A stretch of 62,803 bases of DNA, the filler included, from Globobulimina sp. (taxonomy: Eukaryota), in NCBI GenBank assembly GCA_003354225.1. It is 17 parts of 17 records of this genome, joined end to end, with 100 filler letters (N's around TTAATTAATTAA, not from the genome) between each part and the next. Parts side by side here need not be neighbours in the genome. Positions count along the whole stretch, not along the records: positions 59,209 to 62,803 come from PIVH01002439.1; 16 more parts are not named here. One strand, given 5' to 3'. Under the pieces are notes generated by a model. It had not been told where the DNA came from, ran no database searches, and worked only from the letters and a program-made list of their open reading frames with translations. The position numbers were made by a program, and so were the translations under genes. Shown in pieces: positions 61,460 to 62,803 of this stretch (positions within the stretch are counted from its first letter, which is position 1; every line of letters begins with the position of its first letter).

Positions 61460-62803
61460 TTATAGATCACCGTGCCCAATTGCATACCCTTTGGATTTAT
61501 ACAAAGTTTTTTTATATTTTTTGGTCAGTTTTTTATCACATTGTTTTCTTCTTTTTTTTAAATCGGACCGTCGACGTTTAAATTCAAATGTTGATGTATC
61601 ATTACGTCTTTTTTGTTTTTTAATATCTAACATTGAAAAATAATCCAATATTATCTGAGGAATATGCAATAATATATTCAAATCTTCAAATATTGCTTCT
61701 AAAACTTTATGACCATGATTTGCTATCGATGCAGTTAAATATGTATAAAAAGAATATGATTCTTCCCGTAAAAAAAAAGTCGATTTTGCTCTCAACGCAG
61801 TTGCAGATTTTGCCATAGATTCCACTCGATTTGTTGTACCACCCAATGTAACTTTCTTCAAATAATCAGTTTCATAAAATCGGATTGATTCTTTTTTTAA
61901 GAATTGACAAAATTGTTTACTTAATTCTGGATATAATAATTCTGTTTGTTTTAAACATTCACGCCATGTACAAAATTCACTTTTATGCTTGGATCCAGTC
62001 ACAATATGATGATCAAACACAGACATTAAATGTTTTTTCTTAGTGTCTAAATCATGAAAACCTTTATTTATATCATTCCATACAACGCATAAATATCTGA
62101 CAATATAATCTTTTGATATACCTTTTGGTAATCTTTTCACATTATATTCTTTTTTATATTTTTTTATCGCAGCAATAATGCATTTACCATAAGTGGTAGA
62201 ACCGTGATTTACACAAACATCTCTATCTAAATCAGATTTACATTTTATTAAATGAGGATATTCCAATTGATTCAATGAATTAGATATTATATCTATCTTA
62301 GTTTGAATGGCCAAATCAGTAATTCTGGTATGACCATCTGCCATAAGTCTAACTGGATCAAATCTGGCTTGTTTATTACACATAATATCCCATATACATT
62401 TTTTGCAACCTTCGGGATCCATTTCACCGGATGACTGTTTAAAGTCACCTTGCCCAATAATTGACCTTGTATTTGTTGGTGTGTCACGAAAATGATCACA
62501 AACAGATATTATATATCCAGTTAACACCTCACTGCACCATGTTGTGCCCTGCAAAGAGTTTCGGCCAATTGGTTTTGTCCAACATGTATCCAGTTCAATT
62601 AATATTTTATACGGATCATCTGCTGTGGTACCATGAAACAAATCATTTTCAATGTAATATTTATGAATCAATGGAATAACTACACTTTGTTGTAATTTTC
62701 GCCAAACTATTATAACTGATGGATATAATATATTTATCCTTAATTTTGTATATGTTTTATCATCCACAGGTTTGAAACCATGCGCTCTCTCCAATTTAGA
62801 ATA
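61460..62803 (-). mobile_element. Kolobok/Mutator-like DDE transposase (5' truncated)
   Basis: LDTCWTK..NSLQG..TG, SSGEMDPEG, MADG, CxxH (DVCVNH), TTNRVES, basic C-terminal tail; adjacent KolX-like ORF. Confidence 0.8.

Overview
This window is not one locus. It is 17 unrelated contigs of about 3.6 kb, sorted by decreasing length (3603 to 3595 nt) and joined by artificial 100-nt spacers (N44-TTAATTAATTAA-N44). Most DNA is an AT-rich, gene-dense eukaryote with short GT-AG introns (about 40-100 nt) and very short intergenic spacers. The protein families and motifs suggest a foraminiferan or other rhizarian protist (inference), and Hydin implies a flagellated stage. Three contigs switch abruptly into bacterial or phage-like DNA mid-gene, and several genes carry small indels or rearrangements; both patterns are typical of whole-genome-amplified single-cell data. 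Recognisable genes include XPG/RAD2, NAA30, PIG-L, a GH3 glycosidase, Hydin, PP2C, an AP sigma subunit, glutathione reductase, a class II HDAC, a dual-specificity phosphatase, GT11- and GT25-like transferases, eS26 and TIP30. The most interesting observations are: (1) a Kolobok/Mutator-type DDE transposase directly followed by a KolX/P2X7-ballast-like mini-domain that two plausible introns would fuse in frame; (2) a PH + macro-like + 3xWWE + pseudo-PARP protein with a ZAP/PARP13-like His-to-Tyr change; (3) a membrane-anchored two-domain, ceruloplasmin-like multicopper oxidase; (4) a Ty3/Gypsy pol whose RT catalytic motif is IQDD rather than YxDD; (5) an eS26 that has lost 3 of 4 zinc-ligand cysteines; (6) 42-54 nt divergent promoters and a recurring TGACAGAAAA motif just upstream of start codons. 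All family calls come from visual motif recognition, not database searches.
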